Shown in pieces: positions 1 to 9,169 of a stretch of DNA of 64,000 nt. Origin of the DNA: Thermofilaceae archaeon (lineage in GTDB: Archaea > Thermoproteota > Thermoprotei > Thermofilales > Thermofilaceae). A model generated the notes under the pieces. It saw only the letters and a program-made list of their open reading frames with translations. It searched no databases and was not told the origin of the DNA. The position numbers and the translations under genes are program-made. The stretch's first letter is position 1; every line of letters begins with the position of its first letter. The stretch covers positions 64,001 to 128,000 of the forward strand of contig JAWCCZ010000003.1 in the NCBI GenBank assembly GCA_038861545.1, read 5' to 3'.

Positions 1-567
1 GCCGCCATGAGCTAAACTAACACCTAAACTAAATATATCAGCAACTTGCATCGGTACATATAGTAGTTGAGCAAAGCTAAGACTTTCACCAAGCTTCCTA
101 CCCATAATTGTCACAGATCTCCTAATCCGAGATAGGGTCGTGTTCATAGAGACCTTAATAACATTAGTTAGATAATCGATTCCAAGCTTCTCGTAAAGCT
201 CAGAGCCCATAATAAAGTGTGTTTTCTCCGGATCGCCACCTACGATTTTTAACGAGTACTTTAAGGCTTCCTTAAAGTAGCCTCCAGCAACCCGTCTAAT
301 GGTATCCAAGTCACCCCCTAATTTCTTATTTATCCATGAATGATAATCAGCAAGGAAAATCGTGGTCTTTATACCGGCTTTCTGAAAATCTGCTACTTTT
401 TGCATACAAAGCAAACCAGTTCCTAGGTGAATAAGACCTGATATTTCAAAACCTATGTAATGTATTAACTCACGCCCCTCTTCTAAATAACTTTTCAGGC
501 GGTCTACCGTGAGAACCTCTTCGGTTGGTTCCCTTAGAATAAGCTTCATTACCTCTTCTAGATCCAT
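1..567 (-). CDS. tyrS: Tyrosyl-tRNA synthetase (N-terminal part; runs off window start)
   Basis: Manual translation from ATG at 567: [18 protein letters not shown]...[16 protein letters not shown]...[16 protein letters not shown]...[10 protein letters not shown]...AHGG; HIGH-like HLGT and archaeal TyrRS motifs. Absent from ORF track because no stop in window. Confidence 0.95.
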   Translation of the reverse strand, partial: MDLEEVMKLILREPTEEVLTVDRLKSYLEEGRELIHYIGFEISGLIHLGTGLLCMQKVADFQKAGIKTTIFLADYHSWINKKLGGDLDTIRRVAGGYFKEALKYSLKIVGGDPEKTHFIMGSELYEKLGIDYLTNVIKVSMNTTLSRIRRSVTIMGRKLGESLSFAQLLYVPMQVADIFSLGVSLAHGG

Positions 568-599
568 CACCAGGTAATGTTTGGGAACTTTTTAATCTT

Positions 600-1208
600 T
601 CAAGCTTCCTCGCCGTAAGGTGTGCGAGTATGAGGAGGAGGACTAACAAAAAGGTAGTGTCTTTGTTCACCCCTTAATTCCTCTAGTATCCTTTCCTGAA
701 TAGATTTTAAGGGGTCTATCCTTATACGGTCATATATGTCCTTGAAGGACTCAAAAGGTTTCCGTCTCCGCTCGTCTAAGATTTTCCATAATAATCTTTT
801 ACCTATGCCGGGTAAGAGTTCAAGTGAATGCATTCTAGTTGTAAGCGGTTCCGCCTTATTGAAGAAGTTAACAAATTCGTTTTCCCTTTGGATAACTATT
901 TGCTTTACAATTTCTTGAAGCTCAGCTTTTGCGTTAGCTGTGAGTTCATCGTATGTGAGTCTCCTAGTAACCTTGATCAACTGCCCCTCAAGTTCCCTTA
1001 ATAGCGGGATTCTTTCACCGGGTTTCAGCTCTAAACCAGGCAAAGGTGCTAATTCTAAAAGCGTAAAGAATCTATCTCCGATAGCTTGTACTATGGGTCC
1101 TTTCACGCCTTCTCTCTTACCTCTACTGAGCGTTAGACCATAAGGTAAAAAATCTAGAATATAGACATATTCTTCATAAAATTTTTGTTTCCTTTCTTGG
1201 AATTTCAT
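600..1208 (-). CDS. DUF655 family putative RNA-binding protein
   Basis: YEEYVYILDFLPYG, QAIG..FFTLLE, RMHSLELLPGIGK helix-hairpin-helix; usual neighbour of rpoF. Confidence 0.9.
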   Translation of the reverse strand: MKFQERKQKFYEEYVYILDFLPYGLTLSRGKREGVKGPIVQAIGDRFFTLLELAPLPGLELKPGERIPLLRELEGQLIKVTRRLTYDELTANAKAELQEIVKQIVIQRENEFVNFFNKAEPLTTRMHSLELLPGIGKRLLWKILDERRRKPFESFKDIYDRIRIDPLKSIQERILEELRGEQRHYLFVSPPPHTRTPYGEEA

Positions 1209-1537
1209 AGATCTCTCCTAAACTCATTTATTTTATTAAGAATATTTTTAATATCTTCGCTTGAAAATATTCTTGAGGATGGTGCTAAAATAGTTCTTAT
1301 TTCATCTTCTGATTCAGGTGCGATATTAGCTAGCTGGACAGCTATTTCTTCCGGCAACCCTGCTTCTCGCAATTCCTTCACTAATTTAACCGCATTACTG
1401 GAGTTCATTTTTTTAAATTTTCTAGCGTAATCTAAAACTAGTACCTCAACGCTGGTTAACTCGTGTTTGTTACTTTCATTGAGTAAGATTTCAGCTACTT
1501 CGGGCAATGTAAGTAGTTTCTCCTTGATGATTTTCAC
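1205..1537 (-). CDS. rpoF: DNA-directed RNA polymerase subunit Rpo4 (F)
   Basis: LDYARKF..., IAVQLANIAPES.DEIRTIL Rpb4/RpoF pattern; context. Confidence 0.92.
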   Translation of the reverse strand: MKIIKEKLLTLPEVAEILLNESNKHELTSVEVLVLDYARKFKKMNSSNAVKLVKELREAGLPEEIAVQLANIAPESEDEIRTILAPSSRIFSSEDIKNILNKINEFRRDL

Positions 1538-1646
1538 TGCAGGACACCCCTCTTTAAGTGTGGCTTTTCTCTATTATATAAGTTTAAGTTAGTTACCATC
1601 TCTATTACTCGATAAATTTATAGAGATTAAAAATCTGCGGGTATGT

Positions 1647-1961
1647 ATGAGGCATTCAAAGGGTTACAGAAACAGGATGCGAAAACTTCTTCGGAAGACT
1701 CCACGTGAAAGGGGGAGACCTGGCTTAAGTAGATTATTGCATGAGTACAAGGAGGGCGACTTGGTTTGCATAGATATATGCCCTAATTATGTGGGAACCG
1801 CGCCACATAAGAGGTACCAAGGGAAAGTAGGAACAGTGGTGGGTGTAAGGGGGAAGGCATACTTGGTAAAAGTTAGGATAGGGGGTAAGGATAAAATTAT
1901 AATTACCACAAAGGATCATTTAAAGCCGATTAAGCGACAGGAAGTTTCGGCTCAAGCATGA
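1647..1961 (+). CDS. rpl21e: 50S ribosomal protein L21e
   Basis: MRHSKGYR..RKLLRK.PRERG, PHKRYQGKVGTV, HLKP. Confidence 0.97.
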   Translation: MRHSKGYRNRMRKLLRKTPRERGRPGLSRLLHEYKEGDLVCIDICPNYVGTAPHKRYQGKVGTVVGVRGKAYLVKVRIGGKDKIIITTKDHLKPIKRQEVSAQA

Positions 1962-3270
1962 AATTACTTAATATCTCTGGTTCTTCTATCCACAAAATGT
2001 CGAGTTCTTCGACCGTAACATCAACTCCAAGCGCCTCAGCAACGCTTGGTCGCGTTCGTCCTTGATCCCCATGTATTAACTCTTTCACGTAAAGCCCACC
2101 TTGACAAGTAATCTCAAGCAGAATCTCTTGTTCTCCTAAAGCCATGGCTTTCAACTCATACACCATCTTCTTTCTTACTTTATCATTTTTTCTTCCTAAT
2201 ATCCTTAAAGGTGTCCGTTGGTTAATTAATAGATTTTTGAACTTGGCTTCTAACTCTTTAAGTGCTTGATCACTAATAGGTTGATCAAGTTTTACCCTGG
2301 CGGTGTATTTTTTACGCGCTATTTCTGAGAAAGCTTTAAGCTTAGGCACCAGTTTGCCATCGACGTATATTAACTTCTCCACTTCGATGAGTCCTTTGGA
2401 TAAGTTATTTATTAAATGCTCAGCCATTCTCAGGTCCACTGTTCGGACCTTGGGCGATATAATTTCAACAACAAACGGTCTTCCACTGCCAAGCGTTCTC
2501 ACATCAATGTCTTCTCTACCAGCAGCATGGAGTTTTGCACTTGTCGATTCGAATAACTTAATAAGTGGTGTAGTGATTAGTTCCTCTATGGATGTATCGT
2601 AGCTAATCCTCGAGTCTGGCTGGTGGAGCCAAGGGCTTTGCGGTAGTCCCCTTACTTTCTTTTTGTATCTACCGTATATGAACAACGGCCTTGGTTGTAC
2701 TATTACTTTCCATTTTTTCGCATCAACTATAAAAGTTAAGTCAGGCTTATCGAGCGAGTAAGATTTTCCGGTTAAAGATTGAATTTGCTTACCAATTTCA
2801 CGGGTTAACTCGCTTTTAATTGACTCTGACCTTTCAAGCCCGAGATTTAGCCAAAGGCTCTCTTCACGTTCAATTATTTCATGGGGTATTGAACATCCAA
2901 CTTGGAAAGTTTTATACTCGTACTCCTTTCCGGTCTCAACACACATAACTGCTAACTCGTTTACTTTATCCATCAAATTTTTGCATATGTAGCATTCAAC
3001 TTCTTTGATAGGTTCAGCCTTAATTTTAGCTAAGACTAAATGGGCCGCGTTAAAGCCTGAAAGTGCCAATGATTTAAGCAACTTTTCATTCCATTCGTTA
3101 ACAGTTGTATCATAAGCTTCCATTAGAAGTATAGTTTTTAAAGCGTGACCCCGCTCGGCGTTCGTCAAGCCGTAACCCATCATGCCGAAGAGTCTTCCTA
3201 GACACGAATTACACAACGGGTATTTTTGGACAACCTGTTTGGCTACAGCAACTATGTCAATTATCTGCAT
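1930..3270 (-). CDS. pus10: tRNA pseudouridine(54/55) synthase Pus10
   Basis: N-terminal LCNSCLGR zinc motif, catalytic HAAGREDIDVR, GRPFVVEI, QRTP.R, GGLYVKELIHGDQGRTRPS. Confidence 0.95.
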   Translation of the reverse strand: MQIIDIVAVAKQVVQKYPLCNSCLGRLFGMMGYGLTNAERGHALKTILLMEAYDTTVNEWNEKLLKSLALSGFNAAHLVLAKIKAEPIKEVECYICKNLMDKVNELAVMCVETGKEYEYKTFQVGCSIPHEIIEREESLWLNLGLERSESIKSELTREIGKQIQSLTGKSYSLDKPDLTFIVDAKKWKVIVQPRPLFIYGRYKKKVRGLPQSPWLHQPDSRISYDTSIEELITTPLIKLFESTSAKLHAAGREDIDVRTLGSGRPFVVEIISPKVRTVDLRMAEHLINNLSKGLIEVEKLIYVDGKLVPKLKAFSEIARKKYTARVKLDQPISDQALKELEAKFKNLLINQRTPLRILGRKNDKVRKKMVYELKAMALGEQEILLEITCQGGLYVKELIHGDQGRTRPSVAEALGVDVTVEELDILWIEEPEILSNFMLEPKLPVA

Positions 3271-3787
3271 ATGATAACCTATCTAGGAGGATATTTAAAA
3301 CAGGTATTATCTGGTCGGGCCATTGCCTATCTACAGGACATTTTAGATACACCACGTTTGCCGTTGTCTTGAAAGCTTGGCCCCTATGAATAAAAGGCAT
3401 GATAAAAGCTACTGGGGTTCGAGGGGGATTTTCTAAAAGTTCTTTCCCGTACGGTGCGCAAAAGTATTTTACTGGAAAGTTAAGCAAGTATGATTCCAAG
3501 TTCCGCTTACTTATGATCACACCACTGTGTGCCACGCCGCGCCCTTCATTAATCACACGAAAAACCTTCCTTAGGATGCCTAGCAATGAACCCTCATCGG
3601 GCCTAACACTCTTCAAATGGCTAGTAACAAAATGTATCGCTACTTTATTCGTAAGGAAAACAACGTCGGCATCCTTACGTAGTCCGTGAGAAAGCATTAT
3701 ACTGGCGGATATGCAACGGGCCATTAAAGGCATATTCTCTGAAAATTCATTTTCGCTTTGAGCTAATAGAATAAAACGCCGCCGCAT
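3257..3787 (-). CDS. trmY: TrmY-like tRNA (pseudouridine54-N1)-methyltransferase (DUF358 SPOUT), divergent
   Basis: RC..ASI.LSHGLRKD and RPDE motifs; adjacent to pus10; C-terminal knot looks degenerate. Confidence 0.7.
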   Translation of the reverse strand: MRRRFILLAQSENEFSENMPLMARCISASIMLSHGLRKDADVVFLTNKVAIHFVTSHLKSVRPDEGSLLGILRKVFRVINEGRGVAHSGVIISKRNLESYLLNFPVKYFCAPYGKELLENPPRTPVAFIMPFIHRGQAFKTTANVVYLKCPVDRQWPDQIIPVLNILLDRLSYADN

Positions 3788-5085
3788 TAGATACCTGGTA
3801 TTAGGCGTCCTCCTCGACTTCTACTCAGTTGTCTCAAAAGCTTCTGAGTCCTCCTATACGTAGTTAACAAGTTCTTTACATCCTTTATGCTTGTTCCGGA
3901 ACCCTTAGCAATTCTAATCATCCTAGACCTGTTTATAATATCAGGGTTTGCTAACTCATCTCCTGTCATCGAGTTTATTATAGCTATCCATTTTTTCACA
4001 TTTTCAGAGCTCGCTTTTTCTAATTCTGGTGTAATTTCATGCGATCCAGGAAGTATTTCCAAAATTTTCCTCAAAGGCCCCATTTTTGAAAGCTCTTCAA
4101 GTTGTTGTTTGAATTCAAATAAAGTAAATTTACCCCTGAGCAGCACATCGGGCTGTACGGTCAATTGAGCTTTACGCATACGATCCACCAAGGATTTCAG
4201 GTCTCCTATTCCAAGAAGCCTACTTACAAAAGAAGGCGGGTCGAAGGGTTCTAACTCCTCTAACTTCTCTCCTACACCTATGAACGCCACTCTTACACCG
4301 GTCTTCGCAATGGCGGCAAGCGCTCCCCCTCCCCTAGCTGAGCCATCCATTTTAGTAAGTATTATTGACCCCAAGGGAGCCACCTTATGAAATGCTGCTG
4401 CTTGAGCCCCGGCCTTTTTACCTATCGTAGCATCAAGGACAAGTACTACTTCATCCGGTTTCAATGACTCTGCAATATCCTTCATCTCATTCAGTAAATC
4501 TTTCTCTTCCTTATGCCGCCCAGCTGTATCTACTATTATAAGCTCAATACCTTTGCTTCTTAAAGCCTTTACTCCATTTAAAGCAACTTCAACCGGAGGT
4601 GCGCCCTTTAACCCATAAAACTCAACGCCAATGGAATTAGCTAGCTGACTTAATTGTTCATATGCTCCAGGTCTATAATTGTCAGCGCATATTAATCCAA
4701 CCTTAAATCCTTTCCCCTTATAATGTAAAGCTAACTTAGCGGCTGTAGTGGTTTTTCCAGATCCCTGAAGACCTACAAGCAGCAGGACTCCTCCTTTCCT
4801 AACTTTAAGTTCATGCTTATTTTCACCACCCAACACGTTCACTAATTCCTCATAAAGTGTACGGAGAAGCAGTTCCCGTCTTGAAAATCCTGGAGGTACA
4901 TCCTCCTTAAACACACGGTCCTCTACTCTCTTGACCAGCTCGAGAACCAAGTCTGGGCTTACATCCGCTTTAAGCAATTCTCTTTCCAGTTCTCTTAAAG
5001 TTTTTTTAACCGCTATCCTATCTATAACTGGTTCTCTCTTAATTAGCGAGACTATTTTAGATAAACCTTTCCTAAATTCCTCCAT
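3787..5085 (-). CDS. srp54: Signal recognition particle protein SRP54
   Basis: GLQGSGKTT, DTAGR, TKMDGSARGGGA and M-domain (SMT..E..NP..I..SR..RIA.GSG). Confidence 0.97.
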   Translation of the reverse strand: MEEFRKGLSKIVSLIKREPVIDRIAVKKTLRELERELLKADVSPDLVLELVKRVEDRVFKEDVPPGFSRRELLLRTLYEELVNVLGGENKHELKVRKGGVLLLVGLQGSGKTTTAAKLALHYKGKGFKVGLICADNYRPGAYEQLSQLANSIGVEFYGLKGAPPVEVALNGVKALRSKGIELIIVDTAGRHKEEKDLLNEMKDIAESLKPDEVVLVLDATIGKKAGAQAAAFHKVAPLGSIILTKMDGSARGGGALAAIAKTGVRVAFIGVGEKLEELEPFDPPSFVSRLLGIGDLKSLVDRMRKAQLTVQPDVLLRGKFTLFEFKQQLEELSKMGPLRKILEILPGSHEITPELEKASSENVKKWIAIINSMTGDELANPDIINRSRMIRIAKGSGTSIKDVKNLLTTYRRTQKLLRQLSRSRGGRLIPGI

Positions 5086-5091
5086 CTTCAG

Positions 5092-5265
5092 TTACGGTGG
5101 GTTTGGTACTATTAGGTGAGCAATCATTACACACAACATCAAACCTACAGCTAAGGCAACGATGGCTTCGGGACGCAGTTTAACCCCTCCAACCTCTTCC
5201 TCGAAATAGGTAAGCAAACCTGCAGCGGATTGCGGCGCTCGTACTTTCTTTTTACCTCTGGTCAT
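5092..5265 (-). CDS. secG: Preprotein translocase subunit Sec61beta/SecG
   Basis: Manual 57-aa ORF MTRGKKKVRAPQSAAGLLTYFEEEVGGVKLRPEAIVALAVGLMLCVMIAHLIVPNPP; AGL..YF motif plus one C-terminal TM. Below ORF-track cutoff. Confidence 0.9.
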   Translation of the reverse strand: MTRGKKKVRAPQSAAGLLTYFEEEVGGVKLRPEAIVALAVGLMLCVMIAHLIVPNPP

Positions 5266-5393
5266 CAACTAGGGAAAGTTCTGCAGGTGATAAAACTTTC
5301 GATAGAATTAATGTTACACTGCCTTTTAACCAATGGATTTTCCCTATTTTAATTACTATTGTGCACCTGTTAAGCTGCCACTTTCAGTTAAAT

Positions 5394-5993
5394 TTATGGG
5401 GTACACTGTAAGTCACCCTCTACTATTTCAATCAATAATTTTCCAGGTATTAATTTAGGTGGTTTTACATTGCTTAGACCTAATGGGTCATCTATTATCA
5501 AAGTGAATCTATCACCTCGTTCGGTGACTTTTGCTATGAGTTCTCTATAATTCCTCGTGTACATGCCTAATGCCTCGAAAGATTTCGCGGTATCCATAAC
5601 TAACTGTAAAATTCCTTCAATATTTGTGATAACCATCTGCGCTGCGACACCAGGATCTAATGCAAAACCAAACTCTGGAATCTCTATAGAGGCAGTATTG
5701 CTACGAATGACGCGTGCATACAAATCATCTATGCAATCAACTCTATAATATAGCCTAACATGTTTTTTCAACTCTAAAGGTATTACATCAGAGTACCTGT
5801 AACCGCACTTTGAGCACTTTCTAGAGGTCAGTAGAACTTTTCCCACATCCGGCATATCATATATACTTTCTCTAACCATCATATTCGAATTACAAAACGG
5901 GCATTCAATTACAGATTCATCTGAGTAAACAGCATATGTTGCAATATTTTCTGGCGACTGGTTCGGAGTTTTCTGATCATCTCTCTCCGGCAT
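5394..5993 (-). CDS. ZPR1 zinc-finger domain protein
   Basis: CPFC...CSKCGYR, RVIRS, ITNIEG, FTLIIDDPLGLS. Confidence 0.9.
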   Translation of the reverse strand: MPERDDQKTPNQSPENIATYAVYSDESVIECPFCNSNMMVRESIYDMPDVGKVLLTSRKCSKCGYRYSDVIPLELKKHVRLYYRVDCIDDLYARVIRSNTASIEIPEFGFALDPGVAAQMVITNIEGILQLVMDTAKSFEALGMYTRNYRELIAKVTERGDRFTLIIDDPLGLSNVKPPKLIPGKLLIEIVEGDLQCTP

Positions 5994-6467
5994 AAGAGGA
6001 GAGTGTATGAACTTGCCTTATAAGGTCTAACTTTATGGAGGACGAAAACGTTACACTCAACCAACCAGGATTTATTTTCAATCGCACTCAAACGACATAA
6101 ACTGGTTACTGGAGAAGAGTTGAGAGGTGGGTAAACCCTATGAAACATGCTTGCCGGGCTTACCCGAAGGAAGGGGTATTGTGACAAAAACCGGAGATAT
6201 AGCCGTTCTTTTCTTAGAAGTTAACAGCATCTAATGCATTATGGCAGCGAAGTACTAGTCTTACTGCTGGGAATGAATGGCCGGCTAGTTCTATTCGTAT
6301 TATAGGAGATATCTAGTTATAGATTATATAAATTTCTTAAACTATATAGTTTTTAAAATTAACAAAATATAGATTAGTTATAAATATATTAAAGGAGATA
6401 TCGGAAATCTAGAGAAGTTTACATTACTATTTATGTCAGAATCTTAATAACTTATATTGTTTATCTT

Positions 6468-7124
6468 TTAAACAACTGCCAGCAAATAAATATCGTCGGC
6501 TGCAGAATCTACCAAATCGGAGACATCTTCCAACATTTCAGCGATGCTTAGCAGTAGAATCATTAATGATGCCGAGATATTCGCCTCAAGAATTTTGAAT
6601 GTAGCCTCTCTGTATTTGGAATCGATGCTTGCCTCGATAACCGATATTCTTCCCCGTATCTCTGTAGCTTTACCACGTGTCAGGGCGTTAATCATAGCCA
6701 TATACTCATCCATCATTGAAATGAGCATTACTACCATATCTACTAACACTGTCTGAATATCCATTGGAACACTCCAAGACCTCGAGACAAGGTATTCCAC
6801 ACGGTAAGTTACACCCCCGAGCTTATCCAAAACACCTAACATTTTTGATGACACTCCGAGCCACTCCTCCTTACTGTATAACGAAGGCGCTACTGCAGAG
6901 AAATAATCAAGAAAACTTCGCTGAAGTAAAACAGCATTCTCCTTACTTTTCCTCACTTCTTCGAACAGCCATCTAACCGCCTCATACTCTCCCTTCCCCA
7001 AAGCGTTAAATGCATTTGATATACCCTTTAACATTTCTTTAGCTATTAATAGCTCGTTCCTCAATATATTAAGCAGCTTTTCATCAGCGGTTGCGGATTT
7101 CTTATTTGCAAGCTCGATACTCAT
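6468..7124 (-). CDS. DUF47 / PhoU-like helical protein
   Basis: Helical bundle with IEASIDSKYR and EMLEDVSDLVDSAAD acidic motifs typical of DUF47. Confidence 0.7.
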   Translation of the reverse strand: MSIELANKKSATADEKLLNILRNELLIAKEMLKGISNAFNALGKGEYEAVRWLFEEVRKSKENAVLLQRSFLDYFSAVAPSLYSKEEWLGVSSKMLGVLDKLGGVTYRVEYLVSRSWSVPMDIQTVLVDMVVMLISMMDEYMAMINALTRGKATEIRGRISVIEASIDSKYREATFKILEANISASLMILLLSIAEMLEDVSDLVDSAADDIYLLAVV

Positions 7125-7402
7125 GCTTCCACACCAGCGATTGCCATTGGGGCTCGAACAGCTGCTATTGTGTTATCAGCCACCCCAAGATCCTTAAGTT
7201 CATCGCTATTACACCAAACCTCGCTCTCTGGCACGGAATCGAAAGCTAAAACATTAAAGATTAAACGTTTTTTTCCGCCAATAACAACTTCAATTTTATC
7301 TTTTATACCTAAATATTCCATGGCTTTAGGGTTCATCCTGGCCTGTCGCTGCGGTACTGTATCCTTCCTCCTAATACGCAATCGGCGTTCCTTTATCGTC
7401 AA
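7121..7402 (-). CDS. Stand-alone double-psi beta-barrel (CDC48/VAT N-domain-like) protein
   Basis: Internal repeat VPQRQARMNPKAMEYLGI / VPESEVWCNSDELKDLGV. Confidence 0.6.
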   Translation of the reverse strand: MTIKERRLRIRRKDTVPQRQARMNPKAMEYLGIKDKIEVVIGGKKRLIFNVLAFDSVPESEVWCNSDELKDLGVADNTIAAVRAPMAIAGVEA

Positions 7403-8469
7403 GCTAACCCCGAACCCCTTGAGCTATGTAAATATAAACGTTTTACGCGTGTGCATAGCCCATCGTTTCTCGCGTGCGCAACTTTTACTCGGAATATCCT
7501 ATCTCTCTCGATAACGATGGCTTCCCCCTTCCTTAACCGCATTACAAACTGGCAAATGTCAGCTTGCCTCTGTTCCGCCGGAACCAATCGGTGCAGTCCT
7601 AAAACCTCAGCTTCTTTGGGTAGCATAGCGTGAACTATAATAACCTCCGCATTACTAATTACACCCCAAGCTACTTCAGAGGGATTCTGAGTTACAGCAA
7701 TTAAAATTTCTCCGTATTTCCGAAGTTCAAAGAACATCCGTTCTCCAACACTAGGTTCTGCGTCTAATCGCCTGTATGGGGCAACATTCCAGAATTCTTC
7801 AATTAAAGTTGCATGAATTGGTCTACTTGAAACACCTCTCGATATAGCCTTATCATAAATGTGTTTCAGAAGAAAAAGTGTGAAAAGTCTTTTAGCATAG
7901 ACACTCTTAAATAAGCTTAAGTCAATAACAATGTTATCGGTTAGAATATTACCTACATTTACTCTTCCGCTCAGTGCACGTCCTACTCGTCCTTCAGCGA
8001 GCGGAGATAGACGGCGTACTAAGGCCATTTTTGTTTCATAGTCATAAAAACTTCGTGTCGGTGTTTCTTCAACTGCCTTAAGAAGATCGACGAGGTTTTT
8101 AGCCCCTTTTGCACACGCATTCTTTACAGCTACTCTTAGTATGTATATCTGTGGTGCAGTTAAATGAAAAGTTGCATCAAAAAGATCGACGGTGACATCG
8201 ATGTTTTCAGCATCATTTATATTTGCATTCTCAAAAACATTTAACGAAAAATCATCACCTGGTCTAACGTATGTGAAGTTACTTAATTCATACTCACCCG
8301 CCCAGTCGATAACGAGAACAGGTAACCCCCTCTTGGTTAACTCCCTTATAACAACCTTTGCTGTGTTCGACTTCCCAGCTCCTGATCGACCGAGGATCAC
8401 TACATGCCCTTCTTCGATATAAATATTACCGCTGAATCTTCCCAGTTTAACTTTGATCTTTCTAGACAC
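7399..8469 (-). CDS. HerA/FtsK-superfamily ATPase (DUF87-like)
   Basis: Walker A GRSGAGKS, VIDWAGEY, Walker B LIEE, ELRKYG arginine finger, VTQ motif. Confidence 0.85.
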   Translation of the reverse strand: MSRKIKVKLGRFSGNIYIEEGHVVILGRSGAGKSNTAKVVIRELTKRGLPVLVIDWAGEYELSNFTYVRPGDDFSLNVFENANINDAENIDVTVDLFDATFHLTAPQIYILRVAVKNACAKGAKNLVDLLKAVEETPTRSFYDYETKMALVRRLSPLAEGRVGRALSGRVNVGNILTDNIVIDLSLFKSVYAKRLFTLFLLKHIYDKAISRGVSSRPIHATLIEEFWNVAPYRRLDAEPSVGERMFFELRKYGEILIAVTQNPSEVAWGVISNAEVIIVHAMLPKEAEVLGLHRLVPAEQRQADICQFVMRLRKGEAIVIERDRIFRVKVAHARNDGLCTRVKRLYLHSSRGSGLA

Positions 8470-8497
8470 ATTTCGAAAGGGAAGATTTTAAGGCGGT

Positions 8498-9082
8498 ATG
8501 TACAAGTTACGGAATGTGATTGAGGGCTCGCTAAAGATTGGGGCGGAAGCACGCTTAATAGGAGGGAGAATTGTATTATTTGACAGGGTTAAAAGTCGGA
8601 ACATATATTTTAACGAGGGATTCTATGGTAAGTTCTTCATGATTAATAAACCTAAGGCACTAAATGTTGAAAGAGAACTTGAATTATCACTTCTTGATGC
8701 AGTTTATCTAACAGAGAAAAACAGGTTAACTATTCTAGATACTGAAGGTAGTAAAGTTGAAATTAATTATTTAAGGAAAATTGGAGAAAAAATATACGAG
8801 AACTTTAACGAGGTATACATTGTATATAAGGATCTAAGAGATAAGAACCTAGTTGTAAAGTCGGGGATGAAATTTGGTGCGACATTCGTCGTGTATCGAC
8901 TAGGGCCTGGGCTTGAGCATGCACCTTTCCTTGTACATGTGTTACCTTATAATAGCAAGCTAGACCCTATTGAAGTCGTCAGAGCAGGAAGACTTTCCCA
9001 TTCTGTAAGGAAAAGATTTGTTATAGCTTATGTTGACCCTTCCGGAAAAGTGAATTACTTACAATTCAAGTGGCTTATGTGA
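8498..9082 (+). CDS. endA: tRNA splicing endonuclease, catalytic alpha subunit
   Basis: KSGMKFGATFVVY, EHAP, SHSVRK catalytic Tyr/His/Lys; N-terminal GFYGK...KPK loop. Confidence 0.95.
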   Translation: MYKLRNVIEGSLKIGAEARLIGGRIVLFDRVKSRNIYFNEGFYGKFFMINKPKALNVERELELSLLDAVYLTEKNRLTILDTEGSKVEINYLRKIGEKIYENFNEVYIVYKDLRDKNLVVKSGMKFGATFVVYRLGPGLEHAPFLVHVLPYNSKLDPIEVVRAGRLSHSVRKRFVIAYVDPSGKVNYLQFKWLM

Positions 9083-9169
9083 CCAAAATAAAGGTGTAAT
9101 GGGTAGAGAAAAAACATACTATAGGTTACCATCATTAATTAAAAATAACAAAATAAAAATTGAGTATTT

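Noticed and set aside
470-670. 66-aa ORF on the minus strand
   Set aside because: Overlaps tyrS and DUF655 in a different frame.
5994-6300. Possible RNase P or SRP RNA in the intergenic gap
   Set aside because: Only vague resemblance; the conserved P4 and helix-8 motifs are absent and the GC content is too low for a structured RNA in a thermophile.
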